Positions 10,375 through 20,639 are shown, counted from the first letter of the whole stretch. The stretch: DNA of 62,810 nucleotides, filler included, from 3 parts of 3 records of this genome joined end to end with filler, not necessarily neighbours in it, one strand, 5' to 3'. A program made the numbers and translations. The notes: a model not told the origin generated them from the sequence alone.

Positions 10375-11564
10375 TGGGTAACAAAACAGCACTGCACGAC
10401 CTGATAGGCATTGAACATCACAAACTGAACTTCTTTCAAGAACTTCAGCAGAACATCAAAGAACTGAAGGGAATCAACCGTGAATCCGAGGACCAGCGTT
10501 GCGAAATCGCAGCTATTCTTGATGGTATAACCGATGTGATGATGGTCCTTTCCGAAGACCTGAAAATCATCTCCGTGAACCGTGTTTTTGAACAACTTTT
10601 TCCCGGTATAAATCCCATCGGTAAAAAATGCTACAATCTGTTCAGGGAAAGTAACCATCCCTGCCCGGAATGTCCGGCTTTCAAATCCCTTTCCACCAAC
10701 TCGGTCTGTAAAGATACAGCTATCTTTCGCATCGACGGCAAGAACCTGCAATTCGACATGGTCGCCTCTCCATTGAAGACCCCCGGCACCGAGGAAGATC
10801 GCATCCTGATTTTCAAACGCGATGTGACCATGGAAAAGGAATATCAGGCCAAATTTTATCAGGCTGAAAAAATGGCCACCATCGGAGTTTTAGCAGCAGG
10901 GGTAGCCCATGAAATCAACAATCCCATGGCCGCAGTAGCCGGATTTGCCGAGGGCATCCAACGCAGGCTGACCAGACTGGATGACAAAATCCCTGATGAA
11001 CTGGCTGAAGATCTTTACGACTACACCAGCACTATCCTCAAAGAGTGTCTGCGCTGTCAGGACATCGTAAAGACCCTGCTTTCTTTCAGCCGTCCGGTGG
11101 CCTCGGAATTCATACCTGTGGACATGAATCAGGTAGCTGAAGATACCTTGCGTTTGCTGGACCACCAGTTCCGCCGCTACCAGCAAGTGGAGCTCGAAGT
11201 TAAACAGGCCTCTCCCATGCAATCCATACTCGGCAACGAGGCCCAGCTCAAACAGGTTCTCCTCAACCTGCTGACCAATGCGGTTGATGCCATTGAGCAT
11301 AACGGCAAAATCAGCATTGAAACCTTCATTGAAAACAAACATGTGGGAGTGCGGGTCAGTGATTCCGGCTGCGGCATCCCCGAAGAAAACCGGGACATGC
11401 TCTTTGAGCCTTTCTTCACCACCAAACAGGTGGGCAAGGGAATCGGCATCGGGCTGTCCACCTGTTTTAACATTGTACGCGAACACAGCGGCGAAATCAT
11501 AGTAGATAGTGAAGTGGGCAAAGGGTCCAGCTTTACAGTACTCTTCCCCCTGCAACGAGATTAG
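10374..11564 (+). CDS. PAS sensor histidine kinase
   Basis: AHEINNP H-box, NLLTNA, DSGCG, FEPFFTTK, GIGL. Confidence 0.95.
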   Translation: MGNKTALHDLIGIEHHKLNFFQELQQNIKELKGINRESEDQRCEIAAILDGITDVMMVLSEDLKIISVNRVFEQLFPGINPIGKKCYNLFRESNHPCPECPAFKSLSTNSVCKDTAIFRIDGKNLQFDMVASPLKTPGTEEDRILIFKRDVTMEKEYQAKFYQAEKMATIGVLAAGVAHEINNPMAAVAGFAEGIQRRLTRLDDKIPDELAEDLYDYTSTILKECLRCQDIVKTLLSFSRPVASEFIPVDMNQVAEDTLRLLDHQFRRYQQVELEVKQASPMQSILGNEAQLKQVLLNLLTNAVDAIEHNGKISIETFIENKHVGVRVSDSGCGIPEENRDMLFEPFFTTKQVGKGIGIGLSTCFNIVREHSGEIIVDSEVGKGSSFTVLFPLQRD

Positions 11565-11567
11565 AAC

Positions 11568-12911
11568 ATGCCAGAATCATATAAAGTGCTTGTGGTGGAC
11601 GATGAAGAATCCATCCTGAAATTACTCAGCAAGGAACTCGGTAGCCCGGAACGTATTGTCCATACCGCAAACTGTGCTAAGACCGCCCGGGAATTGGTCC
11701 GCAAAGAACGTTACGAAGTCATTGTTTCCGACATCCGTCTGCCGGACGGGGACGGCCTTGAACTGCTCACCGAATTCAAGGACATGGAACCGGATGTCGA
11801 AGTGATCCTGATCACCGGACACGGCAATATCGACAACGCCGTTGAAGCCATCCGCATCGGGGCCTACGATTACATTACCAAACCATTTCGCCTCGACCGG
11901 GTGGAACTGGTTGTAGACAGGGCATGGCAACGGGTTTGTCTGACCCGTGAGAACCGCAGCTACCGCCATTCCCAGCAATGCGAAACGGCCAGTTCGCAAC
12001 TAATAGGCAGCTCAAGCCCCATTAAACAGATCCGCCATTTGATTAACAAGGTTGCGCCTACCAATGTCCCGGTGCTGATCACCGGGGAGTCCGGGGCCGG
12101 TAAAGATGTCGTGGCCCATGCCATACACTGTGCCAGCCTGCGCGCGGCTAAACCCATGATCGTCAAAAACTGCGCCACCCTGCAAAAGGAACTTTCGCGC
12201 AGTGAACTTTTCGGCCACACCAAAGGCTCCTTCACCGGGGCCACGGAAAATTGCGACGGGCTGATGACTTTCGCCCATACCGGAACCCTCTTCCTTGATG
12301 AAATCGGGGAACTGCCCATGGAAGTGCAGGCTTCACTGTTGCGCGTGCTGGAAGCGCACACCTTCCGCCGGGTGGGAGAAAAAGACGAACGCACTGTGGA
12401 CATCCGCTTCCTTTTTGCCACCAACCGCAACCTTGCCAAAGAGGTGGAGGAAGGAAGATTTCACGAAGCTCTTTTCCACCGCATCAATGTATTCAACATC
12501 AGCCTGCCGGAACTCAAAGACCGCCGCGAAGACGTGCCTCTGCTTATAGATTTTTTTATCAACAAACTCGGCTTCCAGATGGGACAGGGCGAATACACGG
12601 TCAGCGAACGAGCCCTGCAATGTATGCTCTCCTACCACTGGCCGGGTAATGTGCGTGAACTGCGTAACGTTTTGGAACGCAGCATCATCCTTGCCGACAA
12701 CAACACCATCACCTGTGCCTGTCTGCCCAAAGAAATCGCAGATCAGCCCGAACGTGAAGGCGAAGCCGGAATTCTATCCTTGGAGCGCATGGAACGCGAA
12801 CACATAATCAAAGCCCTGGACTTCTTTAACGGCAACCGCCAAAAGGCCGCGCAGGCTTTAGGCATCGGCAGAAAGACCCTTTACCGCAAAATTGATAAGT
12901 ATAACTTGTAA
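11568..12911 (+). CDS. NtrC-family sigma54 response regulator
   Basis: receiver DD/D, GESGAGK, GSFTGA, WPGNVREL, Fis HTH. Confidence 0.95.
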   Translation: MPESYKVLVVDDEESILKLLSKELGSPERIVHTANCAKTARELVRKERYEVIVSDIRLPDGDGLELLTEFKDMEPDVEVILITGHGNIDNAVEAIRIGAYDYITKPFRLDRVELVVDRAWQRVCLTRENRSYRHSQQCETASSQLIGSSSPIKQIRHLINKVAPTNVPVLITGESGAGKDVVAHAIHCASLRAAKPMIVKNCATLQKELSRSELFGHTKGSFTGATENCDGLMTFAHTGTLFLDEIGELPMEVQASLLRVLEAHTFRRVGEKDERTVDIRFLFATNRNLAKEVEEGRFHEALFHRINVFNISLPELKDRREDVPLLIDFFINKLGFQMGQGEYTVSERALQCMLSYHWPGNVRELRNVLERSIILADNNTITCACLPKEIADQPEREGEAGILSLERMEREHIIKALDFFNGNRQKAAQALGIGRKTLYRKIDKYNL

Positions 12912-12939
12912 AGACAGGACTACAGATCATTAATTATGC

Positions 12940-12970
12940 AAGCCGTCCCGTATACCACGGGGCGGCTTTA
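12940..12970 (+). terminator. intrinsic terminator
   Basis: AAGCCGTCCCGT/ACGGGGCGGCTT stem after the regulator. Confidence 0.6.
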
Positions 12971-13084
12971 TATTTTCAATTCCATACCAATCCAGTGCCA
13001 AACCAACTCCAGCTGCATCGAGGCTGGACTTCCTCCTCAGTTCAGGCAGGATATATTGTCCATAAACTCCAAAGGAGGACCCAG

Positions 13085-13630
13085 ATGCGCAAAATGTGCT
13101 TTGTTTTAATAATTCTCTCATTATTCGTAAGTTCAATTGCTTATGCTGCCCCGCTTCAATCCGATATGGATTTCCCGAACATACCGCTTGAAGGCAAGCT
13201 CAACAAAACTCAAAAAGAATATCTCAATCTGAAAGGCGACGGGCCTTGGAAAATCAACGGCATTAACACCGCCTACATTATTGTAGAAATATACAGTATG
13301 TACTGTCCGCATTGCCAACGGGAAGCACCAGCAGTGAACTCCTTATATGACCTGCTGAGCAAATCACCAGAATGTGCGGATGTTAAATTTATCGGACTTG
13401 CTGCAGGCAACACAGAATTCGAGGTCGATTTTTTCAAAAAGAAATTCAACGTGGAGTTCCCGATCTTTACTGACCCGGAACTTGATATCCATGATCAGAT
13501 CGGCCAGCCCGGAACCCCACATTTTTTCATGCTCAAAAAGAACGGAAACAAATTCAAAATCCTGCTTTCCCATGAGGGACCATTTGAGTCCGCAGAAAAA
13601 TTCCTGAAAACACTCAAATCAAAATTATAA
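13085..13630 (+). CDS. exported thioredoxin-fold redoxin (TlpA-like)
   Basis: signal peptide, CPHC, GTP cis-Pro; GGAGG RBS before ATG 13085. Confidence 0.8.
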   Translation: MRKMCFVLIILSLFVSSIAYAAPLQSDMDFPNIPLEGKLNKTQKEYLNLKGDGPWKINGINTAYIIVEIYSMYCPHCQREAPAVNSLYDLLSKSPECADVKFIGLAAGNTEFEVDFFKKKFNVEFPIFTDPELDIHDQIGQPGTPHFFMLKKNGNKFKILLSHEGPFESAEKFLKTLKSKL

Positions 13631-13641
13631 CGGAGGAGGTC

Positions 13642-14229
13642 ATGAAGAAAGTATCACTCTATGCCTTGCTTATACTTCTGATTATGAGCGGTAGTGCTCA
13701 GGCCAAAGTTGCAAAGGAACAAATTTTCAATCAGGGACCGCTTAAGCCTGTAGATAGCATTCTAAAGGTCAAAGTCGGGGATAAAGCCCCGAACTTTACC
13801 CTGCCGGCTATCAGCGGAGAAAGAATCAACCTATCGGACTACCGGGACAAGAAGAATGTGGTCATTTCATTTGTCCCTGCTGCATTCACCCCCATCTGTT
13901 CCGATCAGTGGCCGGGATACAACCTCGCCCGCGAGCTGTTCGAAATGCACGACGCAATAATCCTCGGCATCACTGCCGACAACATTCCTTCGCTGCACGC
14001 GTGGACAACTCAAATGGGCGAAGACAGTCTGTGGTTCCCAGTACTCTCTGACTTCTATCCTCACGGGGCAACGGCTAAAAAATACGGCACCCTCAGACCG
14101 GAAGGAACTACCGAACGGGCTATCTTCATTATCGATAAGCAGGGAATACTGCGCTACATTGATGTACACGACATCAATAAAAGACCGGACCTCGGACAGA
14201 TAATCAAGGCTCTTGAAAAGATAGATTAA
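13642..14229 (+). CDS. exported peroxiredoxin (AhpE/BCP-like)
   Basis: PAAFTPIC (PxxxTxxC), ERAIFIID, signal peptide. Confidence 0.85.
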   Translation: MKKVSLYALLILLIMSGSAQAKVAKEQIFNQGPLKPVDSILKVKVGDKAPNFTLPAISGERINLSDYRDKKNVVISFVPAAFTPICSDQWPGYNLARELFEMHDAIILGITADNIPSLHAWTTQMGEDSLWFPVLSDFYPHGATAKKYGTLRPEGTTERAIFIIDKQGILRYIDVHDINKRPDLGQIIKALEKID

Positions 14230-14251
14230 CCCGTAGTGCCATTTTAACATC

Positions 14252-14281
14252 AAAGCCGCCCTTTGTTTTGGGCGGCTTTTC
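14252..14281 (+). terminator. intrinsic terminator
   Basis: AAAGCCGCCC/GGGCGGCTTT stem with T tail. Confidence 0.7.
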
Positions 14282-14650
14282 TTATTATTAGCAATGTAAA
14301 AAAATACTAACTATAGCAAACTTTCAAGCAATAAACAAAGAAAAACATTTGATCCAATAATCAACAAGCCAAAAAGCAAGTATTTTAGCACTAAATCACG
14401 CAAAATAAACTTATTTTCAATGCAAATATATATCCCGCAAAACACAAGTGCCATCTGACACACAACCTCACATTGCTGGTTCATATTGACACACACACCC
14501 TTCACCCCAAGCAATGTAACACTTTTGTCATTCTTGTTACATTTTTCACATTAATTTTCCCGATATTAAACCCCAAAATAGATCTGAAATGATTCATCAC
14601 AAAAAAGGCAAAAAACACATAAATGACTAATATAACACAATAATACATTT

Positions 14651-14665
14651 TGGCACACGTCTTGC
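14651..14665 (+). promoter_or_regulatory. sigma54 -24/-12 promoter of adh
   Basis: TGGCAC-ACGTC-TTGC matches the consensus. Confidence 0.85.
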
Positions 14666-14740
14666 CCTATAGAAAGCGTTAATAAGTACACGACAGGCCC
14701 AACCTTCAACAACCTATAAAGCTACAAGGATGGACTCAAA

Positions 14741-15922
14741 ATGGCAGTACGTGAACAAGTAAACGGTTTTTTCATTCCCAGCGTAACCCTTATCGGTATT
14801 GGCGCACACAAAGAAATTCCCGCTCGCATCAAAGCCCTCGGCGGCAAAAAGCCCCTGCTCGTAACTGATAAGGGTATTACCGGCGTGGGAATCACCCAGC
14901 AGATCGTTGACATTCTTAAAGCTGAAGGTATGGACTGCGTTGTCTACGATGACACAATTCCCAATCCCACTGACAAAAACGTTGCAGACGGCGTAAAGGC
15001 TTATCAGGACAACAAATGTGACTCCCTGATCACCCTTGGTGGCGGTAGCTCCCATGACTGCGGTAAAGGCGTAGGCCTTGTTGTTGCCAACGGCGGAACC
15101 ATTCACGACTACGAAGGCGTTGACAAGTCCACCAACCCCATGCCTCCATACGTAGCAGTTAACACCACCGCAGGTACTGCTTCTGAAATGACTCGCTTCT
15201 GCATCATCACCGACACTTCACGCAAAGTTAAAATGGCTATCGTTGACTGGCGCGTTACCCCCGGTATCGCACTTGACGATCCGCTGCTGATGATGGGTAT
15301 GCCTCCGGCACTGACCGCAGCAACCGGTATGGATGCACTGACCCACTCCGTTGAAGCTTGGGTTTCCACCATCGCCACCCCCATCACTGATGCTTGTGCT
15401 GAAAAATCCATCCGCCTGATCAACCAGTACCTGCGTCGCGCAGTTGCCAACGGTCAGGACATCGATGCCCGCGAAGGCATGTGCTATGCTCAGTATCTCG
15501 GCGGTATGGCCTTCAACAACGCATCCCTTGGTCACGTACACGCCATGGCGCACCAGCTCGGCGGTTTCTATGATCTGCCTCACGGTGAATGTAACGCCAT
15601 CCTGCTGCCCTACGTTGAACAGCACAACCTGATCGCAAACGTTGAACGTTTCGCTACTCTGGCTGAATGGCTCGGCGTTGACACCAGCGGCATGGATCAA
15701 CGCGATGCAGCTGACGCAGCACTCGATGCTATCCGCCAGCTCTCCGCTGACGTAGGTATCCCCGCAGGTCTGAAGGCTCTCGGCGAAAAATACGGCAAGA
15801 AGGTTTCCGAAAAGGATATCCCGACTATGACTGCCAACGCCCAGAAAGATGCTTGTGGTCTCACCAACCCCAGATGCATGACTGACGAAGCAGTTGCAGC
15901 AATCTACAAGGCTGCTATGTAA
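14741..15922 (+). CDS. adh: iron-containing alcohol dehydrogenase (Adh1/DVU2405-like)
   Basis: GGGSSHD, NTTAGTASE, DALTH, HAMAH, HGECNA. Confidence 0.9.
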   Translation: MAVREQVNGFFIPSVTLIGIGAHKEIPARIKALGGKKPLLVTDKGITGVGITQQIVDILKAEGMDCVVYDDTIPNPTDKNVADGVKAYQDNKCDSLITLGGGSSHDCGKGVGLVVANGGTIHDYEGVDKSTNPMPPYVAVNTTAGTASEMTRFCIITDTSRKVKMAIVDWRVTPGIALDDPLLMMGMPPALTAATGMDALTHSVEAWVSTIATPITDACAEKSIRLINQYLRRAVANGQDIDAREGMCYAQYLGGMAFNNASLGHVHAMAHQLGGFYDLPHGECNAILLPYVEQHNLIANVERFATLAEWLGVDTSGMDQRDAADAALDAIRQLSADVGIPAGLKALGEKYGKKVSEKDIPTMTANAQKDACGLTNPRCMTDEAVAAIYKAAM

Positions 15923-16427
15923 ATATAAATGTATTCATCCTGCCTGCGAGTCTGCAAACCGCAGGCAGGATGTACAAATACTTTTGTCTACAGGTATGCG
16001 GATCATTTTGCATAACAGAGGTCATGGATTGGCAAAGGTTTGATCCGTTACCTGTAAACATTCGGCACTGGCGCGCAGGTGGAGCTGCAAACTAAATTAA
16101 GCCGGATGGACAGCGTATTTACGGAGGGGGACTCTTATCCCCCTCAGAAATTTTCCCGCGCAGGCCCGGTTGCTGTGAAAGCCCGCAATTAAGCATACGG
16201 ACCAATGCATAAATTGTTTCAATCATGTGCGGTCCTGATGGACCGTAAACTCCGGCACCTTGGAAACAAATGCAATCGGGCCTGCTCAATTTATCCTTTC
16301 CTTTACTCTGACATCCTTTCTTTTTTAATTTCTGTACCTTTTCATCTGGTATCCCAGATCCTATTGTGCTTGATCGATAATATCTTTATTACTTCCGTTG
16401 AAAATATTCTCATTAAAGGAAAGCACA

Positions 16428-17597
16428 ATGTTTATTCTGGAAAACCCATACGTATCGAATCTGTTAAAAGATACCCTCGCGAAAACAGGCAAGCCTGTAC
16501 TTGAAAATAAAATAGCCCGCGAAGTCTTTAAAGACAGTCCAATTTCTCTCAGCACAGAAAGCGAATTCGTAGCAGCATACAATCAGGACCGCTCACAGCC
16601 GGTTTATTCCAATTCTGAAAACGCCATTGACTGGATCGACAACAATCTGGACAGCAGCGACCTGCCCCAAAAGATACGCCTGTTTAAAGACAAGGGTGCT
16701 TTCCGCGATCTGGTGCGGGATATGTACCCGGATTTCTTTTACCGCACTGTAAAATTTGAAGAGCTGGATTCTGTTGAAGCTGAAGAGCTGCCCATTCCCT
16801 GTGTAATCAAACCCTGCGTGGGATTTTTCAGCCTCGGCGTGCACATGGTGGAATCAATTGCAGGCTGGCAGGAAGCCATTAATGCCATCAAGAATGAAGT
16901 TGATCAGATCAGAACCATGTACCCGGCCAAGGTGCTGGAACTGGATAATTTCATCATCGAAGAATGTATTGAGGGCGAAGAATTTGCAGTAGATGCCTAC
17001 TATGATGCTGAGGGGAATCCGGTAATCATCAATATCCTTGGGCACCTCTTTGCCTCCAGCGATGACGTCAGTGACCGTTGCTACATTACTTCCACTGAAA
17101 TCATAAACAAGCACCATGATGAATTCCTGCACCTGCTGCAGGAAATCGGCAATCGGGCAGAGCTGAAAAATTTCCCCATCCATATTGAAGTACGCGCTGA
17201 CGGACCCGGCAACCTTGGGGTAATAGAAGTTAATCCCATGCGTTTTGCGGGCTGGTGTGTAACCGATCTGGGCTACTATGCCTACGGAATCAATCCCTAT
17301 GAATATTTCATGGGAGGCATTAGACCAGACTGGGATAAAATCTCCGGCTGCTGCGAAGATAAAGTCTTCGCCATGGTTATCGGTGAGATTGATTCCGCTG
17401 TGGACCGCTCAAAAATCAAATCTGTAGATTATGAAGAATTCAAGGCGAGCTTCACTAAACCGCTTGAATTAAGAGAGATTAATTACCGCGAGCATCCGGT
17501 TTTCGCCTTTATCTTTGCTGAAGTGAATGCGGAGAATATGGATGAGTTGCAGAAGATGCTGCATGCTGATTTTACGCCGTATTTGAATATGGAGTAG
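16428..17597 (+). CDS. ATP-grasp domain protein
   Basis: VIKP..GFFSLGV, IIEECIEGEE, IEVNP.RFAG. Confidence 0.85.
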   Translation: MFILENPYVSNLLKDTLAKTGKPVLENKIAREVFKDSPISLSTESEFVAAYNQDRSQPVYSNSENAIDWIDNNLDSSDLPQKIRLFKDKGAFRDLVRDMYPDFFYRTVKFEELDSVEAEELPIPCVIKPCVGFFSLGVHMVESIAGWQEAINAIKNEVDQIRTMYPAKVLELDNFIIEECIEGEEFAVDAYYDAEGNPVIINILGHLFASSDDVSDRCYITSTEIINKHHDEFLHLLQEIGNRAELKNFPIHIEVRADGPGNLGVIEVNPMRFAGWCVTDLGYYAYGINPYEYFMGGIRPDWDKISGCCEDKVFAMVIGEIDSAVDRSKIKSVDYEEFKASFTKPLELREINYREHPVFAFIFAEVNAENMDELQKMLHADFTPYLNME

Positions 17598-17608
17598 CTA
17601 ACTAATTA

Positions 17609-17631
17609 AACGGCCCGCAAATGCGGGCCGT
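17609..17631. terminator. bidirectional terminator
   Basis: ACGGCCCGCA/TGCGGGCCGT hairpin between convergent genes. Confidence 0.7.
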
Positions 17632-17642
17632 ATTTGTTTAAT

Positions 17643-18155
17643 TTAGAAGGGCTGACCGTTGTTCAGCGGATAGTGTCCACCGTAAGGCTGCCCACCACTA
17701 CCTAATCCATATTTTCTAACATCCCCTATCAACGCCCTTCGTGCCACAGCGTCTTCTGAAGACCATTCAATCAATGCATAACCATAAATTGCTTTCACCG
17801 AGTTTGTAACTTTCACAGTAACACAACGAGTCGAATGGGCCGGGATCTCAAACTCTTCTACTCCTGCACTTATATGCGCGGAACTTCCAGAATTATTACC
17901 TGAAAGGACACTCAAATACTGTGGTACTTCATAACCATCATGATCAAACGGAGTCACTTTGCACTTAAGATTACTACCAGTAATATTACTCAAATAAATA
18001 TTAGTCCTATAAAAGTTTTTGCTGTTAGCCCAAAAAGTCATAAACGGGACGGTAGTCCCTCCCTGCGGAACAAAAGTTCCCTGCGCAAACACAGCACCGC
18101 ACATCAAAACCACCATTACTGCGGACATAAGGCCCGCACGAATCATTTTCATCAT
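17643..18155 (-). CDS. exported hypothetical protein
   Basis: AAGGAG RBS, signal peptide ending AVFA. Confidence 0.7.
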   Translation of the reverse strand: MMKMIRAGLMSAVMVVLMCGAVFAQGTFVPQGGTTVPFMTFWANSKNFYRTNIYLSNITGSNLKCKVTPFDHDGYEVPQYLSVLSGNNSGSSAHISAGVEEFEIPAHSTRCVTVKVTNSVKAIYGYALIEWSSEDAVARRALIGDVRKYGLGSGGQPYGGHYPLNNGQPF

Positions 18156-18367
18156 CTTTTCTCCTTTAATGATTGATCTAATTAAAAACAGACTTGCCAC
18201 CCTATCGGACAGCAATCATTAAAGTTTACACGTCCCTGATATAATTATTATCAGCCACAAAGAAATATCTTTGAATACAAATTAACATAGCAAACATTCG
18301 CCTTTGACAACAAAGAACATTTGCGGCAGGTTTCGAATATTAGATATCAACCCCTCAAGGAGAAATC

Positions 18368-18661
18368 ATGAGCGAAACAATAGAAGATTTGACTATACAT
18401 TACGAAGAAGACGGCCAGGTAATCGTTAAGGAACTGGATAAAGAAGTACTGACCAAAGGCGCATGGACCACCATCATGTTCCGTTATAAGCAGCTTGACC
18501 GCAAAAGCGGCGAATACGGCAAGGACATGTACACCATCCGCCGTTTCCGCAAGATGAAAGGCGAATACCGCCCGCAGTCCAAATTCAACATCTCCAGCCC
18601 GGATCAGGCCCGCAAAATCATCAGTGCTCTTGAAGGCTGGATCAAAGATCTGGAAGATTAA
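18368..18661 (+). CDS. conserved hypothetical protein
   Basis: AAGGAG RBS, host-like codon usage, terminator follows. Confidence 0.75.
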   Translation: MSETIEDLTIHYEEDGQVIVKELDKEVLTKGAWTTIMFRYKQLDRKSGEYGKDMYTIRRFRKMKGEYRPQSKFNISSPDQARKIISALEGWIKDLED

Positions 18662-18693
18662 AATTCTCACAAAATCCATTGCTTCAGGGCAAT

Positions 18694-18732
18694 AAAAAAA
18701 CTCCGTCCGGAACACCCGGACGGAGTTTTTTT
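18694..18732. terminator. bidirectional terminator
   Basis: A7-CTCCGTCCGG/CCGGACGGAG-T7. Confidence 0.8.
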
Positions 18733-18765
18733 ATTTTTCAAAAATCACCAAAAAAATAAATCGCG

Positions 18766-19677
18766 TTAATTTACGGTATATGCTCCGCCCGGTTCAACTT
18801 TCTGGACTGTGGAATTGGAAATGGTAAACCAAAGAAATTCACTGAACTTTGTGCCTACTTCATTCTTTTCGCTATAGGTACAGCCTACCAGCCAACCGGC
18901 ATCAGTGTAATAGCAATCGGTGGCTGATTCCATCTGCAATGTTTCAGGATACATGGAATTATCGTACAAATATTTCGTAACTTCAGGGTATGACTTCCGG
19001 TCTGCTGAAAGCTCCGGTTTAGGACCAAACTTCGCCAACTCTTTCATGAAAGCTTCATACTTTTCCCGGTAACGCTCATACTTACTTTTATAAAGCTTCT
19101 CCCCGGGGTTGAGCTGCATCAACTCTTCGTAAATATCCATATTGGCCTTGAAATCCAGAACCGGTAGAGCCTGCGCCTGTGCATACAGCTTTCGCTCCAG
19201 CCTTTTACGCAGCTTTTTATCATATCCTTTCAATTCCTTGCGGTACTTACTGTTTGCCGGGTCAAGATCGGCAAGCTCGCCGTAATACTTGGCCAGATCG
19301 GAATAATTCCATTTGGAAGTCCGCTCAATACGTTCCAGCAGATCTTTTTCAGTGGCAAGATGAATCATAGCCCGTAATTCATCGTTCATGAGTTCCTTGT
19401 TCTGCTCGGCAACTGTCAGTGCAGTTTCAGCATTTCCGGTTTCAATAAGCCGTTTCATAGCATCAATTACTTTGGCTCTCTGTCCGTCCTGCTTTTCTTT
19501 CAGGATACGTTCCTGTTCAACCCTATTCTGCTCGGCAACACGGGCTTTTTCCACAGCAATGGAGTGCTGCACAGTAAAAAGAGTGTACCCGGCAACAATG
19601 AGGAGTATCCCCCCGGCAATGCAACCCAACAAAATCTTCTGCGACTGAATGAATTCTTTAATGGTTTCAATGTTCAT
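18766..19677 (-). CDS. membrane-anchored hypothetical protein (coiled-coil/TPR-like)
   Basis: single N-terminal TM, helical repeats; start estimated. Confidence 0.7.
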   Translation of the reverse strand: MNIETIKEFIQSQKILLGCIAGGILLIVAGYTLFTVQHSIAVEKARVAEQNRVEQERILKEKQDGQRAKVIDAMKRLIETGNAETALTVAEQNKELMNDELRAMIHLATEKDLLERIERTSKWNYSDLAKYYGELADLDPANSKYRKELKGYDKKLRKRLERKLYAQAQALPVLDFKANMDIYEELMQLNPGEKLYKSKYERYREKYEAFMKELAKFGPKPELSADRKSYPEVTKYLYDNSMYPETLQMESATDCYYTDAGWLVGCTYSEKNEVGTKFSEFLWFTISNSTVQKVEPGGAYTVN

Positions 19678-19754
19678 GACAGCAAAGATACGGATAGCGC
19701 TTTTAACCGTCAACAGAACTTCCGCCAAAAGGCCGTTTTTTTATATTTCATCTC

Positions 19755-19781
19755 TAAACAATTCTTAAGGTAGGCCGATAT
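19755..19781 (+). promoter_or_regulatory. sigma28 (FliA) promoter
   Basis: TAAA-N15-GCCGATAT. Confidence 0.7.
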
Positions 19782-19805
19782 GATCCATATAGAAGGAAAA
19801 CGGAC

Positions 19806-20639
19806 ATGATAATTAACGGATCAGCACTAAAAAGTAATTACGGAGCTCCGGCTTTACTGGACAACGGTTCTCCGCTTTTGGGCGGGAGCCGGACTTCCGG
19901 CGTTAGAGCGACGCGCTTGAATACTCCGGCCTCGCCCGTAAATACTGCTGACCAATTTGCTGAATTGATCGCTCAGAAGACCGTTAATCCGGACAAGACA
20001 GGCGAAAATCAGAAGGGCTCCGAAGGAGACCTACAGAATCCCAAGGACCCTTCTGACCTGGCCGGTGCACTAGCAGGCGCGGCCGACTTCATCGAAGGTA
20101 AATTCGGCAACGAAGCCGCCACCGCTTTCAAAGGCATAGTCATTGCCAACTCAGGGGACCAGATCACCGAAGATTCCCTGAGCAACGGCTTGTTAAAATC
20201 CATCCAGTTTATTGACCGCAACTTCGGTTTTGCTGCCGGGGATCAGGTCATGGGCCATTTCAATTCCAATCTCAACAATGCCATGAATGACTACTTCGAA
20301 AACGGACTGCAGGAACATTTCTTTGCCGCCAGTCCCGAAGGCGGAAGCGGAGCGCAACTTACCCTGCAGAATACCTTTGCACAGGTCAGCCAGCAATTCG
20401 GTGAAGATACCGCTGAAAACATCAAGAGCCTAATCGAGCAAGTCCTTGAGGATGAAGGAAAGAGCCTTGATTCCCTAAAAAAAGGACTCGATAAAGGTTT
20501 ATCCGAAGCAGAAAAGAATAATCCCGGAATCACAGACCTGACAGCGCCACTTGCCGCCGGAGAAATCATGGACAAGATGCAGTCCGGCAGTACTTTTGCC
20601 GCCCCTGCTCCCGGTTCCGTGCTAAACCTTTCCGTATAA
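19806..20639 (+). CDS. hypothetical protein, probably flagellar regulon
   Basis: long ORF with RBS downstream of a sigma28 promoter. Confidence 0.7.
   Translation: MIINGSALKSNYGAPALLDNGSPLLGGSRTSGVRATRLNTPASPVNTADQFAELIAQKTVNPDKTGENQKGSEGDLQNPKDPSDLAGALAGAADFIEGKFGNEAATAFKGIVIANSGDQITEDSLSNGLLKSIQFIDRNFGFAAGDQVMGHFNSNLNNAMNDYFENGLQEHFFAASPEGGSGAQLTLQNTFAQVSQQFGEDTAENIKSLIEQVLEDEGKSLDSLKKGLDKGLSEAEKNNPGITDLTAPLAAGEIMDKMQSGSTFAAPAPGSVLNLSV

Noticed and set aside
16205-16504. 99-aa ORF after adh
   Set aside because: No protein-like features; overlaps the structured region and the ATP-grasp start
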